From the human T2T-CHM13v2.0 reference genome, Homo sapiens, in NCBI RefSeq assembly GCF_009914755.1, contig NC_060932.1: a stretch of 64,000 nucleotides of DNA. One strand, 5' to 3'. The translations under genes were made by a program, and so were the position numbers. Shown piece by piece: positions 1 through 21,070 of the stretch. Positions within the stretch are counted from its first letter, which is position 1. Each line of letters opens with the position of its first letter. Under the pieces are notes generated by a model, which saw only the letters and a list, made by a program, of their open reading frames with translations, had not been told where the DNA came from and made no database searches.

Positions 1-520
1 GGGGTGGAGTGAGCAACTTCTGCAGGCTCAGAAGATCAGATAAGTCTGGGAAATAAAATCTTTGGACCAAATGTCTCCATCCCATGTGTCAGGGTCCCTA
101 AGTTTTTCCAGCTAGAGTCTTGACTTTGACAGATCTTCCTCATTTGGACATTCAACTATTCAGCCACTCTGACTATCAAATCCTGTGCTTAATCTTCAGC
201 TTTTTCTGCTCCTTCACTGCATAAGATAAGGGCTTCTTTATAAGTTAGTACAGTAATTCAATGCAACTTAGTAATAACCACCCAATTGCATTATTTTGAT
301 CTTTATTATTCCTCAGTACATTTCAAACCCTGGACCATTGCATCTACCAGTACACACCCTTTCTCCGGGACATCATCCCAGCTCACCATGGGAGAACATT
401 TTAACAATTGAACAACCACTTTGTGCTAGGGGCTTTCTATGAGGGATGGAATCCTCATAATCAGACAATCAGTGAGTGGTCAAGTTCTAAAATATAAACT
501 TATCATTCCTGGTACCAAGT
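1..520 (-). mobile_element. ERVL-class internal sequence (ERV3-16A3/LTR16-associated) with degenerate tRNA-Leu primer-binding site
   Basis: The minus strand at 517-504 reads TGGTACCAGGAATG directly after the LTR16-like element. This resembles the tRNA-Leu(TAA) PBS TGGTACCAGGAGTGG. The extent of the internal region is inferred. Confidence 0.5.
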
Positions 521-2494
<1,974 letters not shown>

Positions 2495-2649
2495 CCTAGG
2501 TTCTCTCATACAAATGCCTTGGGAGGTGGATGGACTAAGCTCTAAATCACAAGATAATTATTGAACTGTATTTTGAGTAGATTAACAAAAAACTTTGACT
2601 TTTTGGTCAAAAGAATCTCACTCAATAACTATTTTAAAATGGAGATGTA

Positions 2650-2953
2650 GGCCAGGTATGGTGGCTCATGCCTGTAATCCCAGCAATTTGGGAGGCTGAG
2701 GCAGGTGGATCATTTGAGGCCAGGAGTTGGAGACCAGGCTGGCCAACATGGCAAAACCCCATCTCTACTAAAAATACAAAAATTAGCTGAGCATGGTGGC
2801 ATGCACCTGTAATCCCAGCTACTCGGGAGGCTGAGGCAGAAGAATCACTTGAACACAGGAGGCGGAGGTTGTAGTGAGCCAAGATCACACCACTGCACTC
2901 TGGCCTGGGTGACAGTGAGACTCCACCTCAAAAAATAAAAATAAAAAATAAAA
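2650..2953 (+). mobile_element. Alu (AluS)
   Basis: GGCCAGGTATGGTGGCTCATGCCTGTAATCCCAGC start, middle TACTAAAAATACAAAAATTAG linker, (TAAAAA)n tail. Confidence 0.95.
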
Positions 2954-2992
2954 TGGAATGGGAGGAAAAGGTTGGACTACTTAATTATAAGG

Positions 2993-4430
2993 CAGCGTGT
3001 CTCAGCAGGGCTTCTGTGGAATCCTAGGACTCTCAAATTTGTGGCTAGGGGTTCCAAGACAGAGTATGATTGAAAAAGAAAAAAGAAAACAACTTAACGT
3101 GCCACACAATGCTAGTGCTTGCAGAGGTAAACAGTGACTGAGAAGTCCATTTAGCTATTTTGAGAGAGGCTCTTCAGTTCTGTATACCAGTAGGACCATG
3201 TTCATTTGATTAAGTCGATTTTCGGTTTTTGATGTGGATGTGGAAAGAAGAAGGTCATTGAACATTTGTGAGTGCTTTATTACACAATAAAGAGGACAGG
3301 AGGCTTATGATATCAGCTTAACTACTTCAACCTCCCATCATGCACCACCAACTGATTTATGAGAAATATGTTTCCAAAAAAAAAAATTATGTGCCATAGT
3401 TGAGCTGCTTTTGCCACTTTGCTGTTGTTGTGAAAGTTGCAAAATGAGGGTTGTACAAATTCACACTAAATTGTGCTTGAAGTTTTCATATTTGGGAGAG
3501 TTTGTTGTTCAGTTATTTTTTATGCCTTTATGATTTTTATGTTTTTGAACGTTTTAAGACTTGTTTTGTGAACTGACATACGGACTAGCCTTGAGAATGA
3601 TCCATGTGCTGAGGAGAAGGAATGTGTATTTTGCAGCTGTTGGATGAAATGTTCTGTAAATGTCTATTAGGTTCATTTTGCCTACAGTATCTCTGTTTAA
3701 TTCTAATATTATTTGCTTTATATATCTGGGTGCTCCAGTGTTGGGTGCATATATATTTACAATTGTTATATCCTCTTGCTGAACTGACCCCCTTTATCAT
3801 GTTCTCTTACGTTTTATACACTGTTAATGTTCGTGTTTTTAAAACATATTTGCTGATACAATGTGGGGAGTTTTTAAGGCAGGTATAAGATGGACAGAAA
3901 GATTCTAGGCCTAGACCTACAAACTCATCATAGAGACTACTCATGTCTACTTATAAAGAGTTACAATCTTCTAAGTCATTTATCTGCACTGGTGAGAAAG
4001 ACACACACACACACAGTCTGGCATGACAATGAAAGATACTTGTCAATTATTTTAAATGGTCTGGTAATACAAGTTGTCCAATTTTTTGTGCATTATCTGT
4101 GGCCAAGAAGAGCTGAAGCAAAATTGAAAAGACACATCTACAAATCATATCCATTTGGCAAGTTAAAAGGAGAATTATTTCAAAGGGTTACTGGATAAAC
4201 ACCGTAAAAATTTTGTTAAGAATAATAAAATTCAGTGAAAGGACTCAGGAGCCTATTTAGTAGTAGAACTTACTGCCCCAAAAAAGTAGAAGTACCACAA
4301 TTGATAAGAACCTAGTAATGTCAGTGAATAATACTCAAGTTAGTGAAATGCAAGGACAGATTTCGTATCAGAAGCTGAAAAGCCTCCACTATCACTACAA
4401 CACAGCAACATATTAATGACATGGTCAATA
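2993..4430 (+). mobile_element. hAT-Charlie DNA transposon fossil with a degenerate BED-finger transposase N-terminus (~3890-4430), interrupted by an L1 fragment
   Basis: Frameshifted peptides NERYLSI, WSGNTSCP, CIICG, AKLKRH, AYLVVELTA and INDM match Charlie/Buster (ZBED5/FAM200-like) transposase motifs. A CAG..-starting terminus-like sequence lies at 2993. Boundaries are approximate. Confidence 0.65.
3530..3800 (-). mobile_element. Old L1 (L1M) ORF2 endonuclease-region fragment
   Basis: GCTCCAGTGTTGGGTGCATATATATTTACAATTGTTATATCCTCTTG is the antisense of the L1 'LTIINIYAPNTGAP' region. Confidence 0.85.
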
Positions 4431-5029
4431 CTTTTCATATTGCAAATAATATTTGCAATTTCTATTTAAACATATAAAGCCTATCTTTAGAAAAAATTAT
4501 TTTATACCAAAGTCAAAATTATTTTCTTACCTAAGTCAGTTATTTAACAGAAATTTATTATTTTTGCCTTCTGGGCTTTAAAAAACTATTAAAAGCAAAA
4601 AAGGAATTAATTTCAAAAAAGGTGAACTGAGCTTACTTACCTAATCCTTTGTTTTTATTTGAGAAAGTCTGGCAACAAACTTTTTTTGAGTTTTAAATAG
4701 GGATAAAAACTACATTTGTACATATCATCTACTACATTTCATAGCTTTTTAGCAACTGTGTGGTAGAAATTACTAATATTTTCAAATCTATTTGATTTAT
4801 TTAGGGACTTTATGGTTTTTTAAAAATTTTTACTATGATTTTCAAATGTGAATTGAATATTACACTAGCAAATCAAAACTGTTACCACTTTAAAATAATA
4901 TTTTATCTCGTGATAAATCAGAAATAGGACTTAATTTTTTGACTTACACTTTTTTAAAAAAGTGATGATTAAAACTGATGACTGGATATTATAAAAGTTT
5001 TAAGTTGTACATTTTTATTATACTTACTT

Positions 5030-8000
5030 TTGTTTTTATCTTTTTTTTAAATAATATCAACTTGTATTTTAGATTCAGGGGGTACATGTGCAGATTCGTT
5101 ACCTGGGCATATTATGTGATGTCAAGGTTTCGAGTACAGATGAAACTGTCAACTAGGTACTGAACACAGTACTGAATAGGTAGCTTTTCAACCTTTGCCC
5201 CCTTGCCCTTACAGTCCCCAGTGTCTATTGTTGTCATCTTTATGTTCATAAGTATCCACTGTTTAGCTCCCACCTATCAGTGAGAACATGTCATATTTGG
5301 TTTTTTGTTCTTGTGTTAACTCGCTTAGGATAATGGCCTTCAACTATATCCATGTTGCTGCTCAGGACATGATTTCACTCTTTTTATGGTTGTGTAGTAT
5401 TCCATGGTTTCTAGATACCACATTTTCCTTATCCATTCCACCACTGATGGGCACCTAGGTTGATTGCCGGTCTTTGCTACTGTGAATAGTGCTGTGATAA
5501 ACACATAAGTGCATGTGTCTTTTTGGTAGAATGATTTATTTTCTTTTGGATATATACCCAGTTACGGAATGGCTGGGTCAAATGGTAGTTCTGTTTTAAG
5601 TTCTTTAAGAACTCTCCATGCTTCTTTCCATAGTGGTTTAAGTAATTTACATTCCCAACATCAGTGTATCAGTATTCCCTTTTCCCCATGGCCTTGCCAG
5701 TGTCTGAGTTTTTGGTTTTTGTTTTTGTTTTAGTTTTTGTTTTGACTTTGATAATAGCCATCTGACTGATGTGAGATGGTATCTTATTGTGGTTTTGATC
5801 TGCATTTATCTGGTGATTAATGATGTGTTTGTGTTTGTTGGCTGCTCATATGTCTTCTTTTGAGAAATGTCTGTTCATGTCCTGTGCCAATTTTTTTGAG
5901 GGGTTATTTATTTTTTGCTTGTTCAAAGATTTAAGTTCCTTATAGATTCAGGATATTAGACCTTCATTGGATGCATGGTTTGCCAATAGTTTCTCCCATT
6001 CTGTAGGTTGTCTGTTTATTGATTTTTTTCTGTGCAGAAGCTCTTTAATTAGTTTAATTAGGTCAAAATTAGTTTAACTTGTCAATTTTTGCTTTTTAGA
6101 ACCTAGTCATAAATTCTTTCCCAAGGCTGATGTCCAGAATGGTGTTTCTTAGGTTTTCTTTCAGGATTCTTATAGTTTGAGGTCTTACATTTAAATATTT
6201 AATCCATCTGAAGTTCATTTTTGTATGTGGTGAAAGGTAGGGGTACACTTTTACTCTTTTGCTTATGACTACTCAGCTATCCCTGCCCCATGTATTGAAT
6301 AGTGAGTCCTTTTCCCATTGCCTTTTCTTTCTTTCTTTCTTTTTCTTTTCTTTTTTTTTTTTTCTTTTTGCCAACCTTGTTGAAGATCAGATGGTTGTAG
6401 TTCTGTGGCTTTATTTCTGGGTTCTCTATTTTGTTCCATTTGTCTATATGTCTGTTTTTGTACCAGTACCATGCTGTTTTGGTTGCTGTAGCCTTAGAGT
6501 ATAGTTTGAAATCAAATAAGGTAATGACTACAGCTTTGTTCTTTTTGCTTAAAATTGCTTTGGCTATGCAGGCTCCTTTTTGGTTCCAAAAAATTTTACA
6601 ATAATTTTTTCTAGTTCTATGAAAAATAATTTTGGTAGCTTGATAGGAATTGCACTGAACCTGTATATTGCTTTGGGCAATATGTCCATTTTAATGATAT
6701 TGATTCTTCTAATCCATGAGCATGGGATGTTTTTCCATGTGTTGGTGTCACCTATGATTTTTTTCAGCAGTGTTTTATAGTTCTCCTTGTAGAGATCTTT
6801 CACATCTTTGGTTAGATGTATTTCTTGTTTTGTTTTGGTAGGTGTTTTTTTTTTCAGCTATTATAAATGGGATTGTGTTCTTGATTTGGCTCTCAGTTTG
6901 AATATTATTGGTATACATAAAGGCTACTGAGTTTTGTATATTAATTTTTGTATCCTGAAACTTTACTGAAATCATTTATCAGTTCCAGGAGCATTTTTGC
7001 AGAGTTTTTAGGGGTTTCTAGGTATAGATTATACCGCCAGTGAAGACAGTTTGACTTCTTCTCTTCCTATTTGGATGTCTTTTATTTCTTTCTCTTGCCT
7101 AATTGCTCTAGCTAGCACTTCCAGTACTATGTTGAGTAGGTGTAGTGAAAGTAGACATTCTTTTCTCGTTCTAGCTCTCAAAGGGAATGCTTCCATTTTT
7201 TGCCCATTCAGTAAGACGTTAGCTGTGGGTTTGTCATAGATGGCTCTTATTATTTTGATGTATGTTCCTTTGATGCCTAGTCTCTTGTGAGTTTTTGTCA
7301 TGAAAGAATGTTAATTTTATCAAAAGCATTTCTGCACCTAGGAGATAATCATATGGTTTTCGTTTTTAATTCTGTTTATGTAATGAATCACATTTATTGA
7401 TTTGCTTGTGTATGTTGAACAAATCTTTCGTCTCAGAAATGAAGCCTACTTGATCATGATGAATTAACTTTTTAATGTGCTGCTGGATTCAATTCGCTAG
7501 TATTTCATTAAGGATTTTGGCATCTCTGTTCATCAGGGATGTTGACCTGAAATTTTCTTTTTTCACTGTCTTTGTCAGGTTTGGTATCAAGTTGACGTTG
7601 GCTTCATAGAATGAATTAGGGAGGAGTTCTTCCTCATAGCTTTTTTTGAATCAGTTTCAGTAGAATTGGTATCAGATCTTCTTTGTACATCTAGTAGAAT
7701 TTGGCTGTGAGTTCATCTGATCTGGGATTTTGGGGTTGGTAGGTTTTTTATTACTCATTTAATTTTGGAACTTGATATTGGTCTGTAAAGGATTTTAATT
7801 TCTTCCCGGTTTAATCTTGGGAGGCTGTGTGTTTCCAGGAATTTATCCATTTCTTCTAGATTTTATGGTTTGTGTGCATAGAGATCTTCAAATGATCTTT
7901 TGTATTTCTGTAGATTGGTTATAATGTCACCTTTGTCATTTCTGATTGGTTTATTTGAATCTTCTCTCCTGTTTTCTTTGTTAATTTAGCTAGCGGTCTA

Positions 8001-8858
8001 TAAATCTTGTTTCTTGTTTCGAAGAACCAGCTTTTGGTTTTGTTGATTCTTTGTATGGATTTTTGGGTCTTAATTTCATTCAATTCTTCATTGAGTTTAG
8101 TTATTTATTTTCTTCTGTTCACTTTGGGCCTAGGTCATTCTTATTTTTCTGGTTCCTCTAGGTGTGATGTTAGATCATTAATTTGAGATTGTAACTTTTT
8201 GAGGTAGGTTTTAAGTAGTGTAATTTTCCTTTTAACACTGTTTTTGCTGCATCCCAGAGATTTTGGTGTGTTTTATCTCTGTTTTCACTTATTTCAAAGA
8301 ATTTTTTGATTTCTGCTTTGATTTCATTGTTTTCCCAAAAGTCACTGTGGAGCAAGTTGTTTAATTTCCATGTAATTGTGTGGTGTTGATAAATCTTCTT
8401 GGTATTGATTTCTATTTTTTCCACTTTAATCCAAGAGTATTATTTGGTATAATTTTGATTTCTTTGAATTTATTGAGATTTGCTTTATGGCTGAGAATGT
8501 GATCGATCATGGAGTATATTGCGTGTGAGAAAAATGTATATTCTGTGGTTGATGAGTGGAGTAGTCTATAGATGTCTGTTAGGCCCAATTGGTCAAATGT
8601 CAAATTTAATTCCATAATTTCTTTGTTAGCTTTCTGTATTGATCATCTAATGCTGTCAGTGGGGTGTTGAAGTCCCCTGCTATTATTGTGTGTGATTTAA
8701 ATCTTTTCATATTTCTAGAAGTACTCGTTTTATGAATCTGGGTGTTCCAATATTGGGTGCATAAATATTTAAGATAGTTAAGCCTTCTTGTTGAAGTGAA
8801 ACCTTCATCATTGCCCTTTTTTGTCCTTTTATCCTGTTGTTGGTTTAAGGTCTGTTTT
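5030..8858 (-). mobile_element. Outer L1 (L1PA16/L1PB-like), part 1: 3' UTR and most of ORF2
   Basis: T-rich tail at ~5030-5050, L1 3' UTR, and antisense ORF2 fragments ([31 protein letters not shown]). Confidence 0.9.
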
Positions 8859-14936
<6,078 letters not shown>

Positions 14937-15017
14937 TAAAGTCTGTTTTATCTAATACAAGAATACTAACCCCTGTTCTTTTCTGTGTTCTGTTTGCATA
15001 ATAGAACTTTCTCTAAA

Positions 15018-17028
15018 CTTTTTTTAAACTTTTATTAATATTTTAGATTCAGGGGTACATGTCAAGGTTTACTACATAGGTAAACTCATGTCATGGGGTT
15101 TGATGTACAGATTATTTCATCACCTAGGTCTTAAGCTCAGTACCCAATAGTTATTTTTTCTACTCCCCTCCCTCCTTCTACCCTCTGTCCTCAAGTAGAC
15201 CCCAGTATCTGTTGTTTCCTTCTCTGTGTTCATAAGTTCTTTTCATTCAGCTCCCACTTATAAGTGAGAATATACGGTATTTGGTTTTCTGTTCATGCAT
15301 TAGTTTCCTAAAGGTAACAGCCTCCAGCTCCATCCATGTTCCTGCAAAAGACATGACCTTGTTCCTTTTTATGGCTGCATAGTATTCCACGGTATAGATG
15401 TATCACATTTTCTTTATCCAATCTTTCATTGATGGGCATTTAGGTTGTCCACATCTTTGCTATTACGAATAGTGCTGCAATGAACATTCACATGCATGTG
15501 TCTTTATGGTAGAATGATTTATATTCTTCTGGGTATATACCCAGTAATGGGATTGCTGGGTCAAATGGTATTTCTGATTTTAGCTCTTTGAAGAATTACC
15601 ATACTTCTTTCCACAATGGTTGAACTAATTTACACTCTCACTAACAGTATATAATCGTTCCCTTTTGTCCTCAACCTTGCCAGCATTTGTTAATTTTTGA
15701 CTGTTTAATAATAGCTATTCTGGCTTGTGTGAGTTGGTATCTCTGTGATTCTGATTTGCATATGTTGAGCTTTTTTTTTTTATATGATTGTTGGCCGTAT
15801 GTATATCTTCTTTTGAGAAGTGTCTGTTCATGTCCTTTGCCCACTTTTTAATGGGGTCATTTGTTTTTCTATTGTAAATTGTTTAAGTTCCTTATGGATG
15901 CTAGATATTGTGTCTTTGACAGATGCATAGTTTGCAAATGTTTTCTCCCATTCTGTAGGATGTCTGTTTACTCTATTGATAGTGTCTTTTGCTCTGCAGA
16001 AGCTCTTAAGTTTAATTAGATCCCATTTGTCGATTTTGCTTCTGTTGCAATTGCTTTTGACATTTTCATCATGAAATATTTGCTTGTTCCTATGTTCAGG
16101 ATTGTATTGCCTAGTTGTCTTCCAGAGCTTTTATAGTTTTATGTTTTACATTTAAGTCATTAATCCATATTAAGTTGACTTTTGTATATGGTGTAAGAAA
16201 GGGGTCCAGCTTCAATCTTCTGCATATGGCTAGTCAGTTATTCGAGCACCATTTACTGAATAGGGAGTCTTTTCCCCATTGCTGGTTTTTGTCAGTTTTG
16301 TCAAATATCAGATGGTCATAGATGTGCAGCCTTATTTCTGGGCTCTCTATTCTCTTCCATTGGTTTATATGCCTGTTTTTGTACCAGTACCATGATGTTT
16401 TGGTTACTGTAGCTGTAGTAGATTTTAAAGTTGGGTAATGTAATGCCTCCAGCTTTGTTCTTTTTGTTTAGGATTGCCTTGGCTATTTGGGCTCTTTTTC
16501 GGTTCCATATGAATTTTTAAATAATTTTTTCTAATTCTATGAAGAATGTCATTGTTAGTTTGATAGGAATAGCATTGAATCTGTAAATTGCTTTGGGAAA
16601 TATGGCTGTTTTAATGATATTGACTCTTCTTATCCATGAGCATGGGATGTTTTTCCATTCGTTTGTGTCTTCTCTGATTTTTTTGAGCAGGGTTTTGTAG
16701 TTCTCATTGTAGAGATCTTTCACTTCCCTGGTTAGCTGTATTCCTAGGCATTTTATTCTTTTTGTGGCAATTGTGAATGGGATTGTGTTCCTGATCTGGC
16801 TCTCAGCTTGGCTGCTTTTGGTGTAGAGAAATGCTACTGATTTTTGTATATTGAATTTTTTATCCTGAAATTTTGCTGAAATTTTTTATCAGCTAAAGGA
16901 GCTTTTGGGTCAAGACTATGGGGATTTCTAGATATAGAATCATGTCATGTGAAAACAGGGATAGTTTAACTTCCTCTCAACCTATTTGGATGGCACTTAC
17001 TTCTTTCTCTTGCCTAATTGCTCTGTCT
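15018..17028 (-). mobile_element. 5'-truncated L1 (L1PA13-15-like) nested in the outer L1
   Basis: A second T-tail and 3' UTR at ~15018-15300, followed by ORF2 ([29 protein letters not shown]). Degenerate TSD TTTCTCT.A at ~15008 and ~17032. Confidence 0.88.
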
Positions 17029-17029
17029 A

Positions 17030-18850
17030 TATTTCTCTCACCCTTTACTTTGTGTCTATAGGTGTCATTATACGTAAGATGGGTTTCTTGAAGGTGGCAG
17101 ACAAATGGACTTTGTTTTTGCTTTTTTTATATCCAACTTGCCACTCTGTGCCTTTTAAGTAGGTCAGTTAGATCACTTACATTCAAGGTTTACATTTATA
17201 TGTGAAATTTTGATGCTATCATGAAGTTGTTAGCTGGTTGCTTTGCAGTTTCTATTGTGGTTGCTTTATAGTGTCTATGAGCTCTGTACTTAGGTGTGTT
17301 TTTGTGGTAGGAGGTATTGTTCTTTCACTTCCATGTTTAGAAACCCTTAAAGATCTCTTGCAAGGTTGGCCAAGTGGTAGCCAACTCCCTTAGTGTTTGG
17401 TTGTTTGGAGAACATTTTATTTTCCCTTCAGTTATGAAGCTTAGTGTGGCAGGATTTGAAATTCTTGGTTGGAATTTCTTTTTTTAAAAAAATGCTTAAA
17501 AAAGGCCTCCAGTCTCTCTTGGCTTATAAGGTTTCTGCTAAGAAGTCTGCTGTAAGCCTAATGGGGTTCCCTTTGTACATAATGTGACCTTTTTCTCTAG
17601 CTGCCTTTAAGATTTTTTCTTAGTTTTGATCTTGGACAGTTTGGTGACTATATGCCTTAATGATGTTCATTTTTTATAGTATCTCACAGGAGTTCTCTAG
17701 ATTTCTCATATCCAGATGTCTCCCTCTAGCAAGATTAGAGCAATTTTCTTGAATTATTTTATTAAATATATTTTCCAGGTTGTTTTATTTCTCTTCATTT
17801 CTCTCAGAAATGCCAGCATTTGAAGGTTTGGTCACTTTACATACTCCCATATTTCTCAAAGACTTTACTCATTTTTTAAAATTTGTTTTTTCTTTATTTT
17901 TTTCTGACTGGGTTAGTTCAAAAGATCAGTTTTCAAGCTCTGAAATTCTTTTTCTGCTTGTTCCAGTTTATTGATAAAGCTTTCTTTGTATTTTCAAGTC
18001 CTTTAAGTGAGATTTTCAATTCCAGAAGCTCTGATTGAGTTCTTTTTAAGATGTTTATCTCTTCCTTCATTTCCTGGATTGTTTTAGAAGCTTCTTTGTG
18101 TGGATTTTCAACATTTTCCTTGATCTTGTTGAGCATTCTTTCAATCCATGCTTGTCTTGTTTACCTGTTATTTCTGAGCTTCTATTTTGGTTAGGAACCA
18201 TTGCTGGAGAGTTAGTGCAATCCTTTGGTGGTGATGTCCCTGCATTCAGATTTTTCATGGTGCCTGAATTCTTGCTCTGGTACCTTCTCCTCTGGAGATG
18301 CTGGCACTAATTTTTGTAATTATTTTTTGTGCATAGGATTTCTGCACAGGAAGGGTAGGGAAACCCAATCTGCTAACCCATGTGAGTGGTTGCTCCAAAT
18401 GCCTGGAGATCTGCCTGTGTGTAAAGCAGAGAGGGCCCTACTGCACCACAATCTATGTCCATGAAGGGTAGAATGGCTCAGGCTGCTGGTCCAGGCTGTC
18501 TTAATGCTTTATTTCTGCCTGTGGGTAGAGTAGAGGGCCCCACCGTACCAAAATCTCAGGGGAGCAGGCTGGAACTCCCAGCAATGACACACACAGACCC
18601 ATTCCAGATTTCCAAGTTGGACCTGGCTATAAGTCTCATCATCTAGAAGAAACTGCTGCTATAGAAATTCTCCTCCCACCCCAGGCTTGTGATGGGGGAT
18701 AGCACAATTCCAGCACCTACTGCTAAGGCACCTTCCACAGTTCTGGCTGTGGAGGCCCCTGTGCTCCAGAGCAGGAACTTCAATCTGTGGCCCAAGACTT
18801 AAATGATTGTGCATCCACACTGCCTGTTGCCAAAGAACAGCTTTGTATCT
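17030..18850 (-). mobile_element. Outer L1, final part: ORF2 start, ORF1 and 5' UTR remnant (a ~65-bp piece also lies at 14950-15015)
   Basis: Continues the endonuclease region broken at 8858/14950. ORF1 coiled-coil peptide IQEMKEEINILKRTQSELLELK. GC-richer 5' UTR-like sequence at 18340-18850. Confidence 0.85.
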
Positions 18851-19257
18851 TCAAGTCTTTTTGAATGAGATTTTTAAAAGATCAAACAGGAATATAAAAA
18901 CCAAAAGAATTAAGGTTCCCTCCGCCTTCACTACTGACTAGTATTAGAGTATGAGAAAGGCAAACTATACAAATAGAATATTCTAGAAGTAAGTCAAATA
19001 AATTGATCTACAGGAAAATATAATTGTACACTCAAAAGAGTGTTGAGATTATTAGTGGATTATTATGTCCACAAATTACTGATAACACTAATGTATAGAG
19101 AATTGTTGATATAATAATTTTATGCAGGACATCTCTGAGATCTGAAGATTATTTCAAGAGTTCTAGGGTAAAAAGTTTAAGGAAGGCTGCTTTAAGTTTT
19201 TTCTCACCATTCCTCCACCCCACCATGCACAACTTCTAAATCAGGGTAGAAATTTCT

Positions 19258-19291
19258 TTAAAAAAAACAAAAAACAAAAAAACAAAAAAAC
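19258..19291. repeat. (CAAAAAA)n simple repeat
   Basis: Directly visible. Confidence 0.8.
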
Positions 19292-21070
19292 AGCTACTAA
19301 AGATTTTTAAATGACTTGAGAACTCTTTTCTTGATGCTTTGCTGGACTAACCAACATTGTTTCTTCTTAACTATATTGAGGCTTAGTCTGAGACACAAAC
19401 TACTAACTCAAATACTGGGAAGATAGGAAATATGAATGGTTAATGGTTAAAATGCACAGTTCTACAGTGAAAGGGACCAAAATACCCTCAGGAGAAGGAT
19501 CTCTGAATAAAATTGAAGTCTAAACTTGGAAAAATAAATTTGGAGGAAAGCCATGGCAGATTTAGAGGCAGGCAAATTAAACTTAGTGAATTTCAAATTA
19601 ATTTCACAGATGGTATCCAATTCTGGTGTTGCTGGCAGGGTTCCAGGTTATATTGGAAACATAAAGAAAAAGCAAAAATCTTACTTCGATTTTCTCTGGA
19701 GATGTGAGATGTCTGATCTTTGCAATTGTGTGTTTATAAGTATGATTATGTGTGTTTGTACATATGAGTATATGTGTTTTGTGTGTATGTGGTCAATACC
19801 ATATAAAGATTAACAAAACGAAACAGTATCCCAGCCTACAAATCTTGTAAGAAACAAATTCTCAGACACTTGTCAAGGGAAATATCAACTAAATATTTAT
19901 TGGGTCTAGTTTTAAGAACTGCCAGATATATCTTTTTATAACATTGAAAATACACTTAATCTTTACTTAAGGGACAGGATTATATATTAGTGATGTGTAT
20001 ATTATAGCCAAAATCTTGATTCTATACTTCTTCTTGTGTAGAAATAGAAAAAATGCCACAGCTTCCTGAAAAATATATATAATATTAAATATTTAATATC
20101 CAATGTTATATATATATATGTACATTTTACTATTCCAGGGAATTATAGGATATTATTTTACTGATAGTTATATACATTGAAGATTATTCACCTTTTCAAT
20201 TATTCTTGTCTGCTGAGACACTGTGCTCTTTTTAGATATTAGCAAGCAGATTCATGGCAGTTTTGGGACTTCTTAGTCCGCCAGCTTTCTAAGTTTAGAG
20301 ACTTTCATCCCATATCATTTCAAACATATAAAAATACACCCACATCAGATGTTAAATATAACTTCCCTAAAATTTTTTCAAAAGGTTTTTTAAAAATGGT
20401 TATATTTGAGTTTTCTTAAAGATAAATGATTTATTTTGTTCTTGTGGATTACATTTATATTTAAGTTTATATTTAAGTAGAGTTGGATTGAATTACACTT
20501 AACATTATATTCTTTAGACATTTAATTATACTTTTGTTCATTTTTATTTTCCAGGGTTTTTTTTTCTTAATTTGAAGCCAATAATTTTTCTTCCAGATTT
20601 AAAAAATTCCATTGACAAGCTCATAGACTAATCTAGACACTAAGCCTATAGTACCAAATGGATAAAACTGTTTTTTAGTTACCACTAATGATGCTGTACT
20701 TGCTATAAAACCAAGTTTTTTACTGTGGCTTATAATGTCCTACATGAATTTTTCTATTCCTTCTTCTACGACCCTAGCTCATGCACTTGTCTTATTTTCA
20801 TTCTGTTCATATAAGCAGTCTTTTTGTTCTAAGCATCTATCATTACTTGAGAAGATAAAGTAGCAGTAGTAGTTTGAGAGAGTATCAGCGTTGAGGGAAT
20901 ACTTTTTAAGGTTTTCGCTTTGATTTGTACAGGATAGAAAATACCTGGGCATGCTTGTAGGCAGACAAGAAGTAGCTGAGAGAAAAACATCCAGAAGAAG
21001 AACAAATGGGCTTCATCTTTTTCATAATTGAACTACTGCCTTAGCTTAGTGCCTGGATAGCACATAGTGG

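Noticed and set aside
20082-20099. 18-bp perfect palindrome ATATTAAATATTTAATAT (similar ones at 4439-4459 and 50458-50469)
   Set aside because: Short and mostly AT-only; expected by chance or slippage in 64 kb of AT-rich DNA.
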